Shown here one piece after another: positions 25,380-38,999 of a stretch of 64,000 bases of DNA. Each line of letters opens with the position of its first letter. The stretch's first letter is position 1. Position numbers and translations under genes: made by a program. This DNA is from Okamejei kenojei. Its lineage: Eukaryota. The stretch is from positions 29,388,001 through 29,452,000 of the forward strand of contig CM069156.1 in assembly GCA_035221665.1 (NCBI GenBank). Reading direction: 5' to 3'. The notes under the pieces were generated by a model. The model did not search any database and was not told where the DNA came from. It worked only from the letters and a program-made list of their open reading frames with translations.

Positions 25380-26700
25380 GACTCTGAGCCATACAGCACA
25401 GAAACCAGCCCCTTGGCCCAGCTCATCCACGTCGACCAAGATGCCCTATTAGGCTAGTCCCACTTATCCGCATTTGGCCTATACCTCTTCAACTCAATGG
25501 TATGAACATTGAATTCTCCAATTTTAGGTAACTACAAAACTCTCACCCTCTCTCTTCTTCCTCCAACTCCTCGCCCTCCCCCTACTGGACTTGCACCTAT
25601 TTCTTCCCTTCCTCTCATCTTCCCTTCCACCTATATTCCTTCCTCTAGCAATTTACAATTTACAACTCTTCAATTATTTTGTCTCACACCTTCTGTCTCT
25701 TCACCTCTGGTCTTCGTCCACCATCTGCCGATCAAGAAAATCCCACCTGTTTCAACATATTACCTGCCAGGCTTTGTCCTGCCCTTTCTCTCTTCCAGCT
25801 TTCTTCCTCCCCCTATATTCAGATAGAAGAAAGGTCCCGACCCAAAAGGTCACTTATACATGCTTTCCAGAGATGCCGCCTGACCCGCTGAGTGACTCCC
25901 GCATTTTGTGAATTTTTCTTACCCAGCATCTTCAGTTTCTTGTATCAAAATCTCCCTCTAAACCTTTTCTACCTTTATACCTATTCAAATGTATTTTAAA
26001 TGTTGTTTTATATACCTGCCTAAACTATTTCCTCCTGGCAGCTTGTTCTATAGCTCTGGCCCTTGTGTCCTAGCAACATTATTGTAAATCTTCTCTGTGC
26101 ACTTTCCAGCTTAATGGTATCCTTCCTATACCAGGGTGAGCACAAATGAACACAATACTCCAAGAGCAACCACACAAATATCTTGTACATCTGTAACATA
26201 ATGTCTCAACTTCTATACTCATTTCCTTGACTGATTAATGCCAATAAGCCAAAAGCCTTCTTCACCACCCTATCTATCTATTACACCACTTTCAGAGAAT
26301 TATATACTTGTATGCCTAGACCTCGTTGCTCTCGAATGCCCTACTGTTCACTGTAAAGATCTTGTCCTGGTTTGACTTCCCATAATACAACACCTCACAC
26401 TTATCTACATTAAACTCCATCAGCCATTCCTTGACCCACTTGCCTCGCTGATCAAGATCCCCTTGTAATTCTTGATATCCTTCCTCAGTCTACGAAACTA
26501 CCTAAGTTAGTGTCATCAGCAAACTTACTGTTCATGCCTTGTACACTCTCATCCAAATCATTGATATGAACGACAAACAGCAATGGGCCCATCACTGAAG
26601 CATACAGCTCGTCACAGATCTCCAGTTCGTAAAAAAATTCTCCACCACCACCCTCTGTTTCCTACCACAAAGCTAGTTCTGTATCCAGTTGAGGCACTTC
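25380..26700 (-). mobile_element. Decayed CR1 3' region with a PLE 3' insert (~25490-25950, + strand)
   Basis: FADDTNL and LEYCVHLCSP remnants; PLE signature ATGAACATTGAATTCTCCAATTTTAGGTAA. Confidence 0.65.
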
Positions 26701-26945
26701 TGGCTCCTCTCAGGTATTGAGTAGAGTCTGTATAACCGCCGGTGCCAACAGGCCCTTATAAACAAGAAACATTATTATACATTTCTGAATGCTGAGCTTA
26801 AAGGCCCACCAAGAAATTAAGACTATTTCTTCACTTGCATATATTTTGATTTGAGCACAGAGCAATACAGAGGGAATGCTACACTGTTGTATTGCCATCT
26901 TTCTGTTTATTCTCAAATTTGAAGGAGAGCAAGGAGTTCTTCTTG

Positions 26946-27357
26946 TGTAGGAAAGAACAGCAGATGCTGGTTTAAATCAAAGGTAGACACGAAATGCTGG
27001 AGTAACCAAGCGGGTCAGGTAGCATCTCTGGAAAGAAGGAATGGGTGACGTTTCGAGTCAAAACCCTTTTTCAGACTGTCTGAGTTAAGACGTGGTCGCA
27101 GAGTCGGAGGGAAGGAGGAATCACAGAGGGGGAGCAGTGAGAGGATGTTGCTGAACTCTCGTCAGAGAGAAGAGGAGAACGTCTTCAAAGTAGACATACC
27201 TTGAGGAGATTTCGCAGTGGAGCAGACAAAATGTGTAGGAAAGAACTGCAGATGCTGGTTTAAATTGAAGCTAGACACAAAATGCTGGAGTAACTCAGCG
27301 GGTCAGGCAGCGTCTCTGGAGAGAAGGAATGGGTGACGTTTCGGGTTGAGACCCTTC
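26946..27357 (-). mobile_element. Non-autonomous PLE with two direct pseudo-LTRs, inserted in a DeuSINE
   Basis: Direct repeats 26946-27077 and 27232-27357; 11-bp TSD AGTTCTTCTTG (26935-26945, 27358-27368). Confidence 0.85.
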
Positions 27358-28376
27358 AGTTCTTCTTGATGTCCTGGGTATTATTTATCCTTTCATCAAA
27401 CATCACGAAAAATTAATTATCAGGTCATTATCTCTTTGTCATTATGAGAGCCTTCTGTGCAAAACACTGACACTGTGATTTTTAATATCGCACAGTAAAC
27501 ACACTTAATGGGCTATTAAGTGTTTTTGAATGTCCTGATGTGATGAAAGTTACTATAAGATACAAATCTGATTATTAAAGGAACATCGATCAGAAATGAA
27601 AGATAAGGATAACATGAGTCAATGTGTGAATCCTTTGAGTGGCCAGGTTTGAAAGATTTCTCTTGGTCTGGAGCTCTCATTTGGCATACCCAGTTATACA
27701 TCCCAGAGACAGGATAAAAATGTTAGACCAGTAAGACTGACCCACTGCCAAAATGTAACCAGCCATTTCCCAATCCCTTCCATTTCTATGTAACCTGCTC
27801 AGGGAGAGAAAATAAACAGGTCTCCAACATTCAGACAATCAAACCCAAGTCACAAGATCATGTTGACTGCATATTTGATTGTGAACTAAATACGTCCATT
27901 TGGTTTTCATGAATTTCTCCAGCCAGTAGATGTGTAGATTGCTTCTTTTTGTAGCTACAATAGGTCAGAATTCACCGTAGTGAGGGAAGCACTACTTATG
28001 GCACCACCTCTGTATCAAATGAGCATTAGAAGATTATGGTCAGGGCTTCGGATATCCCCACATTTCACACAAAACCTAACATGCATTCCATTTTGTCCTG
28101 TTGGCTGACCTACATTTCTAATATCTCTATGCAGTCAATTTTAATATATCTAGTGTCCCAATTATCTCCTCGTTCAGTATTACTTTGGAAACCTCTTACT
28201 TCCCTGGTGAAGCCAGATGTAGACTGTTTATTTAGTTTCTTAATAGTGACTTCAGTATTCATAAGTAAGTTCCCATTTTTGGGCACCGGTACTTGCACTA
28301 TTGTTGTTTTAGTTTTGAATTCCCACTATGTTAGGAACTAATTTTTTCTCCTATGTTTTTTTTCCTTGTCTTTCAG

Positions 28377-28498
28377 TAATGCCCCCTTCTCATTGGCTGC
28401 AGCGTTGGCAAGGGCAACAACAAATGAAATCCTTCAGAGTGACCTTTCCCTTCTTCATTTTGTGCCGAAGCTCTTGGATGGCACCGATGGGATTACTC
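28377..28498 (+). CDS. PPM1E: Protein phosphatase 1E, coding exon 2 (not in the ORF track frame)
   Basis: Polypyrimidine-TTTCAG acceptor, GTAAGT donor; translates [40 protein letters not shown], resembling mammalian PPM1[20 protein letters not shown]; phase joins exon 3. Confidence 0.92.
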
Positions 28499-29937
28499 GT
28501 AAGTAGTATGAAAACCAGGAGAGGGAAGATTGAATCAATTCCTCCCTAAAGCTCCTATGGAGACACTTGGATTGTTTTACTCGATGAGACTATCATTTAT
28601 CTCTTAATTAGCATCAATAAAAATGAAGGCAGTCCAAAATACTGCAGATGCATCTGTAGCAAAATAGAAAACTGCTGGAGGAGCCCAGTGGGTCAGGCAG
28701 CATCTGTGGAAGAAATAGACAGACGGCGTTGAAGAGTCTATGTGAAGGGTCTCAGCCGAAAATGTTGACTGTCCATTTCCCTCCAGAGGTACTGCCTGAC
28801 TCACTGTGTTCCTCTAGCAGCTCTCCCTTTTTGCTCAGTAAAAATACATTTCACTTTGTTAATTGTGGAAGTTGCAACTTGCAGCAATGCTTCCTAAATT
28901 GTGATTGCACTTCAGAGATACTTGATTTGCTGTGGAATATTTTGAGATGTCTTGAAAATGCAAAACACTGTACAGAAATTCAGGCTTGTCTCCATTTAAG
29001 AATGTGTTGCTCCTGAACTAATGAGGGAGAGGAATCCAGGAAGAGGCATTTTATCTTGGGAGATAGCTACTGCACAGTGAGGTTAGTTATAGTCTATGTT
29101 TCTCTGTTGGGTCTTTTCTGAAACATTCCAACTGGTGCTCTTTAAGGAGAAAGAATGGGGGAGGGGGAAGAGATCTATTTGTAACCTACTAGTTATCACC
29201 CAAGTGACAATGAGTCTCATCGTATCTTTACTCAACACCCCACTCACACACAAAGCATTCAATCTCATACAGGTGCCTACACTTCCACCCCTCCCCTCAC
29301 TACAGATATACACTAAAGTTAGTGATGGAAACAGGACCTGGTTGATTACACTTCCCTGCACCATTAACCCAAGGTGTTGATGTCAAATGACTGACTCAAT
29401 ACACATATTAGAAATTCAGTTTGGGAATACCTTATTTTTTTAGTTTGACATTGTATCAGTTTGGTGCCACCTGTGAGTAAACTGTTGAAAATGGAAATCT
29501 GCCAAATGCACAACAGTACCTAGTTGAAGGACATGTAGGGGTGTGGATAAGTTTGATAGCAATGCAGATAACCAGGCAAGCAGTGTAGTAGAATGAGAAC
29601 AGAAAAATAGAGAATTTTATTTTATTGCTTTACAAGCACCCTTGATTACTCAAACACGCTCACTGCAGTAACTTGATTTTTAAAATGTAGTCCTCGCACA
29701 TCACACGTCAATGTGCTGTGGTCAAACACGGTAGCCTATTTGTGTACAATAAAGATTTCACAAATAACAGTGAGACAATCTATTTTGTTAACTTATTCAC
29801 TGTTAAGTCAACAGGAAAAGTACATAAAGTTGCATCAACCACTGCGCATGACCTATTTTGATCTCGGAAAGTCTTATGATGCTATCGATCAAGTGGGCCT
29901 ATGAAGAATCCTTCTTAGATGTCAGAAATTCATTTCT

Positions 29938-30638
29938 TTTTTTCCCTTTTTCTATTATTTATTTATTAGAAGCAAGTGTACAGAAATGTAACCAACGGCA
30001 TATGACATAATACAGTTATTGTACAGCTTCAATTTTGACTTTTAGCTACAGTTAAGAGAAAAGAAAGGAGAAAAATAGAAAGAAAGAGTGGGATGTGCAA
30101 GGATAGAACCCCTAGACTACCAAAATGGTGTAGCCAAAGAGTAAGTAAAATAAATAAGAAAGGAACAGAGAAATAAAAAGACAAAAAAAAGAAAGAAGTG
30201 ATGATATACCTGCCTCACATCCCTCCCCACCCATCACCCAACCCGTAATTAGATTTAACTCCAAAATTGTGTTGTACCATACTATCCTTGTAATAAATCA
30301 ATGAATGGTGTCCATGTCTTCGAAAAATGCTCTGGTTTTTCTGCTAAGACAAGTCTAATATTTTCAAGATGTTGTGTCTCAGACACGTTTGTAATCCACA
30401 TTTTAAGAGTAGGAACAGATGTATGTTTCCAGAATTTGAGTATTAGTTTTTTCACCATTATCAGGCCATAATTAATGAAATATTGATAGCTCCGAGCAGG
30501 CTTCTGACGTACCTAGAATAATCAATTCCGTGTCGGGGTCCAATTTTGTTTTTAGTGTTTTTGAGAAAATTTCAAAAATTCCTCTAGAAAAATTATGTAA
30601 CTTTATACAAGAGGCTAAAGGAATGTGTTATAGTTGCT
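29938..30638 (-). mobile_element. 5'-truncated L1 3' end inserted in an RTE-like RT remnant (~29790-30900, +)
   Basis: 14-bp TSD AGAAATTCATTTCT (29924-29937, 30639-30652); A-rich tail; host reads QQEKYIKLHQPLRMTYFDLGKSYDAID. Confidence 0.78.
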
Positions 30639-32216
30639 AGAAATTCATTTCTATTCTGTGTCTGTTACACAACAAAATTCAAATCTGTCTCTAGTGTACA
30701 ACATCATTGGTCCGACAATAACATCCACAATGAGACCCTGGAAAAAATAGATTATTTTCCAGATCTCAAGAGCTACTTCTTGGCAAAGGCTGACATTGGT
30801 GATGAAATTAACTACCACCATAGTCTTTGCTATCTGAAGAAGAGGCTTCAAAGATCAAAATATCAAGGGGCCAAAGTTCGTAATCTAACCCAGGCGGCAC
30901 AGATCCCCACTTTCCTGTTTGGTTCAGTCACTGCACACTAGAACTCCCTACTCAACAGCATAATAGGAGCATCTTCACCAGAACAGTAGCAGTTAAAGAA
31001 GGTGTCTCACCACCACCTTTACAACTGGATAGGCAATAAATGCTGGCCTTTGCAGAAGTACCTATATCCATTAAAAAATGTAAAATGAAAAAGCTGATAA
31101 TGGAGTCATACCACAAAATATCCCCAATCCACTGGCAGAATAAGTAAACCAACACCAGCTTCCATTACCAAATCAACAGCCCAACTTTAAGCCCCATATT
31201 ACATACAGCTAGATGCAAGGAGCAGATCACATCATGTGCATGCCCAACACCTAACTCCTGAAACGGGCAAAACACAAAATGCTGGGGGAATTCAAGTGGG
31301 TCAGGCAGCATCTGTGGAGGGAATGGACAGATGATATTTCGGTTTGGGATCCTTCTTGAGACCTAACCCGAAGCATCACCTGTCCATTCCCTCCACAGAA
31401 GCTACCTGACCCACTGAATTCCTCTAGCAGTTAGTGTTTTGCTCAAGATTCTAGCATCTGTAGTTTTTGGTGTCTCCTGAAATAGGCACTTTAGTTTTAG
31501 CTTTGTCATGGTAAGCAATTACCAGACAAACAGAGAAAATAACTAAACTTTGTTCTCAATGTCTCCGGAAGAAAATTTAATATTTTCCCCACTTTACAAA
31601 ATTCCGTTATGCATGACTGTTCAAAATTGAGAAATTCAGAATGACAGAGAACCATGGGTCCCTCTATCAGTATGAGGATTCCCAATGAGAATGGTGAAAG
31701 CAGCACACCTTTTTCCACCCTAACCCCTCAGCTGCCTCATCGAACACTGACTTTCCCCATTTGTCAGTCTTTGGAGCCCACAATGGCTTCATTGAACCAC
31801 CTCAGAACCCATGGATGGAAGCAAGTTATCAAACTGCAAGGAAATAAAAATATTTTGTTGGCTCTAGCTGATGGGTCGCCATGTTGGCTCCACCATGTCC
31901 ATTGTCCATTGGTGCTGTCTGATTCTTTACATTCACCTACAGCAGGAATTAGTGCATGTGTTTTTAATTTCAAAATATAAATATATATTTGCAAGTTTTA
32001 TGAACAGGCACCAAATATCAAATATCACCATTCTCAGTACACGCCATATCATTCCATTTACATTAACGCAGCAAGACAAGATGTGACACATGTGACATAC
32101 CTCTTGACACATGGTTCTGGACCGTGGTATGTGCCGATTTGGTTGTGGGCAATTTCTTGCAGCAGAAGACCTGCAGGTTTCAGACAAACTAGAGGGCACT
32201 AAGTTAATAATCATCA

Positions 32217-34670
32217 AACATAGAAATTAGGTGCAGGAGTAGGCCATTCGGCCCTTCAAGCCTGCACCGCCATTCAATATGATCATGGCTGATCATCCAA
32301 CTCAGTATCCCGTACCTGCCTTCTCTCCATACCCTCTGATCCCCTTAGCCACAAGGGCCACATCTAACTCCCTCTTAAATATAGCCAATGAACTGGCCTC
32401 AACTACCCTCTGTGGCAGAGAGTTCCAGAGACTCACCACTCTCTGTGTGAAAAAAGTATTTCTCATCTCGGTCTTAAAGGATTTCCCCCTTATCCTTAAG
32501 CTGTGACCCCTTGTCCTGGACTTCCCCAACATCAGGAACAATCTTCCTACATCTAGCCTGTCCAACCCCTTAAGAATTTTGTAAGTTTCTATAAGATCCC
32601 CTCTCAATCGCCTAAATTCTAGAGAGTATAAACCGAGTCTATCCAGTCTTTCTTCATAAGACAGTCCTGACATCCCAGGAATCAGTCTGGTGAACCTTCT
32701 CTGCACTCCCTCAATGGCAATAATGTCCTTCCTCAGATTTGGAGACCAAAACTGTACGCAATACTCCAGGTGTGGTCTCACCAAGACCCTGTACAACTTA
32801 AGTAGAACCTCCCTACTCCTATACTCAAATCCTTTTGCTATGAAAGCTAACATACCATTCGCTTTTTTCACTGTCTGCTGCACCGGCATGCCTACTTTCA
32901 ATGACTGGTGTACCATAACCTCACATTTATCCACATTATACTGCATCTGCCAAACATTTGCCCACTCACCCAGCCTATCCAAGTCACCTTGCACTCCTAG
33001 CATCCTCCTCACAGCTTAGTGTCATCCGCAAACTTGGAGATATTGCCTTCAATTCCCTCATCCAGATCATTAATATATATTATAAATAGCTGGGGTCCCA
33101 GCACTGAGCCCTGCGGTACCCCACTAGTCACTGCCTGCCATTGTGAAAAGGACCCGTTTACTCCTACTCTTTGCTTCCTGTTTGCCAGCCAGTTCTCTAT
33201 CCACATCAACACTGATCCCCTAATGCCGTATGCTTTAAGCTTGTATACTAATCTCTTATGTGGGACCTTGTCGAAAGCCTTCTGGAAGTCCAGATATACC
33301 ACATCCACTGGTTCTCCCTTTTCCACGCTACTAGTTACATTCTCGAAAAATTCCACCAGATTCGTCAGACATGATTTACCTTTCGTAAATCCATGCTGAC
33401 TTTGTCCAATGATTTCACCACTTTCCAAATGTGCTGCTATCCCATCTTTAATAACTGACTAGCAGTTTCCCCACTACCGATGTTCGACTAACTGGTCTGT
33501 AATTCCCCGTTTTCTCTCTCCCTCCCTTCTTAAAAAGAGGGGTTACGTTTGCTACTCGCCAATCCTCAGGAACTACTCCAGAATCTAAAGAGTTTTGAAA
33601 GATTATCACTAATGCATCCACTATTTCCTGAGCTACTTCCTTAAGTACTCTGGGATGCAGCCTATCTGGCCCTGGGGATTTATCGGCCTTTAATTTATTC
33701 AATTTACCCAACACCACTTCCCGACTAACCTGGATTTCACTCAATTCCTCCTTTGGCCCGCGGTCCCCTGCTATTTCCGGCAGATTATTTATGTCTTCCT
33801 TAGTGAAGACGGAATCAAAGTAGTTATTCAATTGGTCCGCCATATCCTTGTTCCCCATGATCAACTCAGCTGTTTCTGACTGCAAGGGACCTACATTTGT
33901 TTTAACTAATCTCTTTCTCTTCACATATCTATAACAACTTTTGCAGTCAGTTTTTATGTTCCCTGCCAGTTTTCTTTCATAATCTATTTTTCCTTTCCTA
34001 ATTAATCCCTTTGTCCTCCTCTGCTGGTCTCCGAATTTCTCCCAGTCCTCTGGTATGCTGCTTTTTCTGGCTACTTTATACGCATCATCCTTTGCTTTGA
34101 TACTATCCCTGATTTCCCTTGTTATCCACGGATGCACTACCTTCCCCGATTTATTCTTTTGCCAAACTGGGATGAACAATTTTTGTAGTTCATCCATGCA
34201 GTCTTTAAATGTCTTCCATTGTATATCCACCGTCAACCCTTTTAGAATTAATTGCCAGTCAATCTTGGCCAATTCATGTCTCATACCCTCAAAGTTACCT
34301 TTCTTTAAGTTCAGAACCAAGTTCAACACCCACCAGCGTTTTCTGCCCCTTAGTGTTTTGCAGCTCTACCCATACCGATTCCACATCCTCCAAGCTAATG
34401 TCCTTTCCATTGCGTTAATCTCCTCTCTAACCAGCAACGCTACCCCACCTCCTTTTCCTTTCTCTCTATCCCTCCTGATTATTGAATATCCCTGGATGTT
34501 CAGCTCCCAGCCTACGTCCCCTGAAGCCATGTCTCCGTGATCCCAACTATATCATAATCATTAATAGCTATCTGCACATTCAACTCGTCCACCTTATTAC
34601 GAATACTCCTTGCATTGAGACACAAAGCCTTCAGGCTTGTCTTTACAACGCTCTTACCCCTTATACAATT
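32217..34670 (-). mobile_element. CR1 (HER1-like) LINE ORF2 with deletions and frameshifts
   Basis: APE start LCLNARSIRNK...GITETWL; [56 protein letters not shown]; CR1 3' UTR. Confidence 0.95.
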
Positions 34671-35030
34671 ATGCTGAAAAGTAGCAGCTGTTTCAGTGTG
34701 CATACCTGGGAACAGCCCTCAGCCACTGAGTGCTGTGTAACACAGCTGTTGGGGATGGAACTCCACGGAGATCACTTCATCTCTTTCCAGACCTTCTTTG
34801 TAAATGTACATTCCAGAATTTGATGGATGACGGTCTCATCCCTAAACAACCGTCTTGAGGGCAGCCTGTGGGGAACTGATTCACCCTACCACTCAACCAT
34901 TGTTAGCAGCATAACCAAGTGTTCTGAGAGAGCTTTATCCTCTGTGATCAACTTAAGGTCCAGAAACCTTCACACATCGAGTAAATTGTTATTCTGCCTA
35001 ATCTCTCCCTCACTGGGTTAATTGAGCTGT
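34671..35030 (-). mobile_element. Decayed Tx1/L1-like LINE C-terminus, split by the CR1 (continues ~32090-32216)
   Basis: Frameshift-corrected CPQDGC..ETVIH.ILECTFTKKVWKEM...GLFPGMHTET zinc-knuckle region. Confidence 0.55.
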
Positions 35031-36639
35031 GATGTAGTGATTGAGTACTGTTGAATACATGCCAAGTACACAGCTGGGGTGGTTTCCAATTAATGTATTC
35101 ATAGTTTCTTTGAAGAGCTTTATTAAGCTACAGTTATGGATCCCGTGATGACTCCCAGTGAATCAGTTAAAAAGAAGAAATACATAAAGTTGGCTGGTTC
35201 CTTGAATAGCTCAGCATGGCCAGTGATTCAGACCAAAGGAAATATGGTACTGGTTCAAACCTTGGCAAAGGAAGACTTTCATTTGTAGTGTGTCATAGAA
35301 CAGGACAGCACAGGAACAAGACCTTCGGCCCACAATGTCTGTGCCAAACATGATGCCAAGTTAAACTAATCTCCTTGGTCATATCCATCCATTCCTTGCA
35401 TATTCATGTGCCTTTCTAAAAGCCTCTTAAGTGTCACTACCACTGCCACCTCTCCTGGCAGAGCTTTGCAGCCAACCACTACTCTTATGTAAAAAAAACT
35501 TGCCTTACTTATCCCCATACGTTGCCCCTCATCTTTAATCTATGCTCTCTAGTGCTTGATACTTCTACCGGGGGAAAAAAGAGTCCTGACTGTACCCCAT
35601 CTATGTTTCCCATAATTTCACACACTCTTATCAGGTCTTCCCTCATATTCCAAAAGCAATCTGCGGCCAATTAAGAACTTTTAAAGTGGTCATTGCAGAA
35701 AAGCGTAGGTAGTTGTGCCCAACAAGATCCCATGATATTTGATTTGATTGAGAGATCAAAATCAGTCAACTTGTTTGGAATTGTTTCAGGCTTTATTTCA
35801 CGCAGGGATTAGACAGGGTCTCAGTTTATCAACTTGTCAAAATGATGATGCCTCCTGACTGTGCAGCCCTCCATGAGTATGGCATTCTCAGTTCCACCCT
35901 GGGAGCGTCAGCCTGGATTATGTTGTGACTTGAATTCACAACCACAGATTAAGACCACTATGCAAAGTCATAACAGATGGGCAATGTTCACAGGCACAGT
36001 TCATTGACAGTGGAGGCCTCTGATCTACTGTAATACACTTTTCACAAATGCTTCCCCCCCCCCCCACCACCCCCCTTTAAAAATGGAAGCCTTGGACAAA
36101 TCAAACTTATGGTTTCAAACCCATGCCATGGCACTAAATAATACCATGGCAATGCATAAAATACAGCCACTATAAGGCATCAAAGTTTTGGGGTTGATGT
36201 GCTTAGCAATTGTAACCCTTTCCCGAGACTCACCAACACCTGCACTCCTCCCTCTGCTACTTGAGATTCTCCCCAAGCTAAATGATAGCAAAGCTGACAA
36301 TTCATCTTAGAACATAGAACAGCACAGCACAGGTACGGGCTCTATGGCCCACAATGTTTGTCCCGAACATGATGCCGGTAAACTGATCTGCCTGTACATG
36401 ACCCAAATCCTTCTATTCCCTGCACTTCCATGTGCCTATATAAAAGCCTCTTAAATGCCACAATCATATCTGCCCATAAACCACCTCTGGCAACCCATAC
36501 CAGGCCCCCACTACTCTGTAAAAAACTTGCCCCACACATTTCCATCAAACATCCCCCTCTCACCTTGTAGCTATGCCCTCTAGTGTTGGAAATTTCCACC
36601 TTGGGGAAAAAAGATTCTGACTGTACAGATAGGTTATGA

Positions 36640-37950
36640 TGTGTAGGAAAGAACTGCAGATGCTGGTTTAAATCAAAGGTAGATCACAAAATGCTTGAGT
36701 AACTCAGCGGGACAGGCAGCATCTCTGGAGAGAAGGAATGGATTACTTTTCGGGTCGAGACCCTTTTTCACAAGGTTATGACCTTCGATTGACATGCCCC
36801 TGCTTCTTTTTTCCATTCAAGTTAGGCACCCAATTATCTTGGACATATAGTTTATTTCGTCCTCACCTTCCATCCAACCAGCCTTTGCATCCAGCACATC
36901 ATTATTCGACATTTTCACAAGCTGCAACGTGATCCTATTTTCTGCCCTATCTTCCCCTCCCACTCCTTTCTGCTTCGCGCAAGGACAGCTCTCATCTTGA
37001 CTCGTCTCTAACCTTTGCAAAGGGTGGTTTGGTCATCTATCCCCACCCTTCGCTCTCCCTTTCCTTTTGCTCTGGCACTTCCCCCTGCAAGGCTAGGAGA
37101 AGCAACACCTGTCCCTATATCTCCACTCTCACTAACATCTAGGGACCCAAATAGCCTTTCCAGGTGAAGCAGAGGCACCTTGTCTAGTCTACTGCATAGG
37201 ATATTCTTGATGTGGCCTCCTGCACATCGGTGAGATCAGGTACAGATTAGGCAATCGCTTTGCGGAGCACCTTGCTCTATCTGCAATGCAACTGGAGCTC
37301 ACAATTACTAGCCATTGCAATTACCCTCCCATCCCCACACTGACCTGTCTGGCCTTAGCCCCCTCTACAGCCAGGACAAGGCTAAACGCAAACTAGAAAA
37401 ACAGCATATCATATTCTATCCTGGTAGTCTAGATCCCAATGGCATGAACATTGAATTCTCTAATTTCAAGTAACCTGCTCTCATTCGGTCAATCTAGCCA
37501 TTGCGATCCTCCCACTCACATTGTTCGTTCCTATGCTTCCCCGCCCATCACCTAATCATTCCTCTCATCAGTTCTCTTACCTCTGCCATGCTTCCATTTG
37601 CTCACCTTACCTCCTCAGTTAATCCAATGCTCAACTTTCCTGTCCCATCAGATTCCATTAACTGTAGCTCCTGGCTACCTCCACCTGTCCTGTGCCAATT
37701 TGGTTGTTATCTCCACCCCTCTCTCTCCCACCTGATTCCCATCCACCAATCCACCCCTCCTCACCATGAGTGTACAGGTCCTTGGCCCACCCCCTCACCT
37801 CTTTATACCAGCTACCTCCATGATATTATTTCAGTACAGAGGAAGGGTCTCAAAATGGCAATTTACCATTTAGCTCTGTTGATGCCGCCTGACCTGCTGT
37901 TCCTCCAGCAGTTTGTTTTTCCTTCCAGACCAGCATCTGTGGGTTTTTGT
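36640..37950 (+). mobile_element. Decayed PLE 3' part with pseudo-LTR remnants
   Basis: HIGEIRYRLGNRFAEHL remnant at ~37225; ATGAACATTGAATTCTCTAATTTC; inverted pseudo-LTR at 36640-36770. Confidence 0.7.
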
Positions 37951-38999
37951 GTACACAAATATTTTATCATAATTTATAGTATCTCAGTAGTCAGTTGCAG
38001 AATCCATTTATTTGACTGATGCTGGGGATTTATTCCTATCTTGGTCTATGTTTTGTGGTCTTGTTTTGTTCTATGTTATGGGCTTTGAATGGTTAGTCAA
38101 GTGAAAGTAAGTCATGTCCTGCGCAATTCTGCCTATTTCATCATTGCTGGCATCAGGTGTTTGATTCAGGTGAGAATACACATTCTTTCCAGTTAGGAGC
38201 CCAAGCACTGGAGGAAAAAATTCCATTGCCAATTGTAAAAATCAATCTTCACCTGGGTTTCCACGATGGAGATTAGGAAGATTGGCATCAAAGCGACCGT
38301 GCAAATTTCACTTATCAGATTACGATGAAAACAGCTTGCTCCCACAAGAAATCTAGAGATATGAAAGCAAATTGGGGAGAGGCAGGTCCAAAATGATTTC
38401 AAGAAATGCAAGACAGTCCCAGGGAATTCAAGAGAATAACAGAGAGATATTTTAAGGTGGATTATCCCTAGGGAGAATTGAAAGTAACAAAATAATAGTC
38501 AGTGGGCAGTGACAGAAGATCGAGGAGGACGATTATGCACGTCATGAACACCTGCAAAGACCAGTTGGTTTAAATGTCCTGATTCTGTACAATACTGAAT
38601 AATAAACACCATGCTAAATAAAAATCTGAAGAAAATGTTCCATATAAAAATGGATTATCCATTTGGAGGTCATTTTATTGACAGTGACGACGAGACCGTG
38701 TCCTAATTACGGCAGAGAAAATTGACTGGCTAGTTAGTTAGCACGTGTTACTTAAAAGTGATGGTCGAGTGCTTGTTGCATCTTGTGCTTTTTCACCCAG
38801 ACCTGTAAATCCATTTAGTTTCTGGAGACATTGCTATTAATGTACTTTAAAAAAAGTTGCATCTGACCAACAAAAACATAGGCTCAGGTGGGAAGGGGAT
38901 CGAAGCAGGTCAGAGAGCTGAGAACAGTCTCAAGGGTGAATTTACTGGTCAGGCACCTCCTTGCATTGTTGGAGTAACTGTTGGAGCTTTACCCTTCTA

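Noticed and set aside
1-28376. PPM1E exon 1
   Set aside because: No acidic PPM1E-like N-terminal exon or non-transposon CpG island found; it probably lies upstream of the window.
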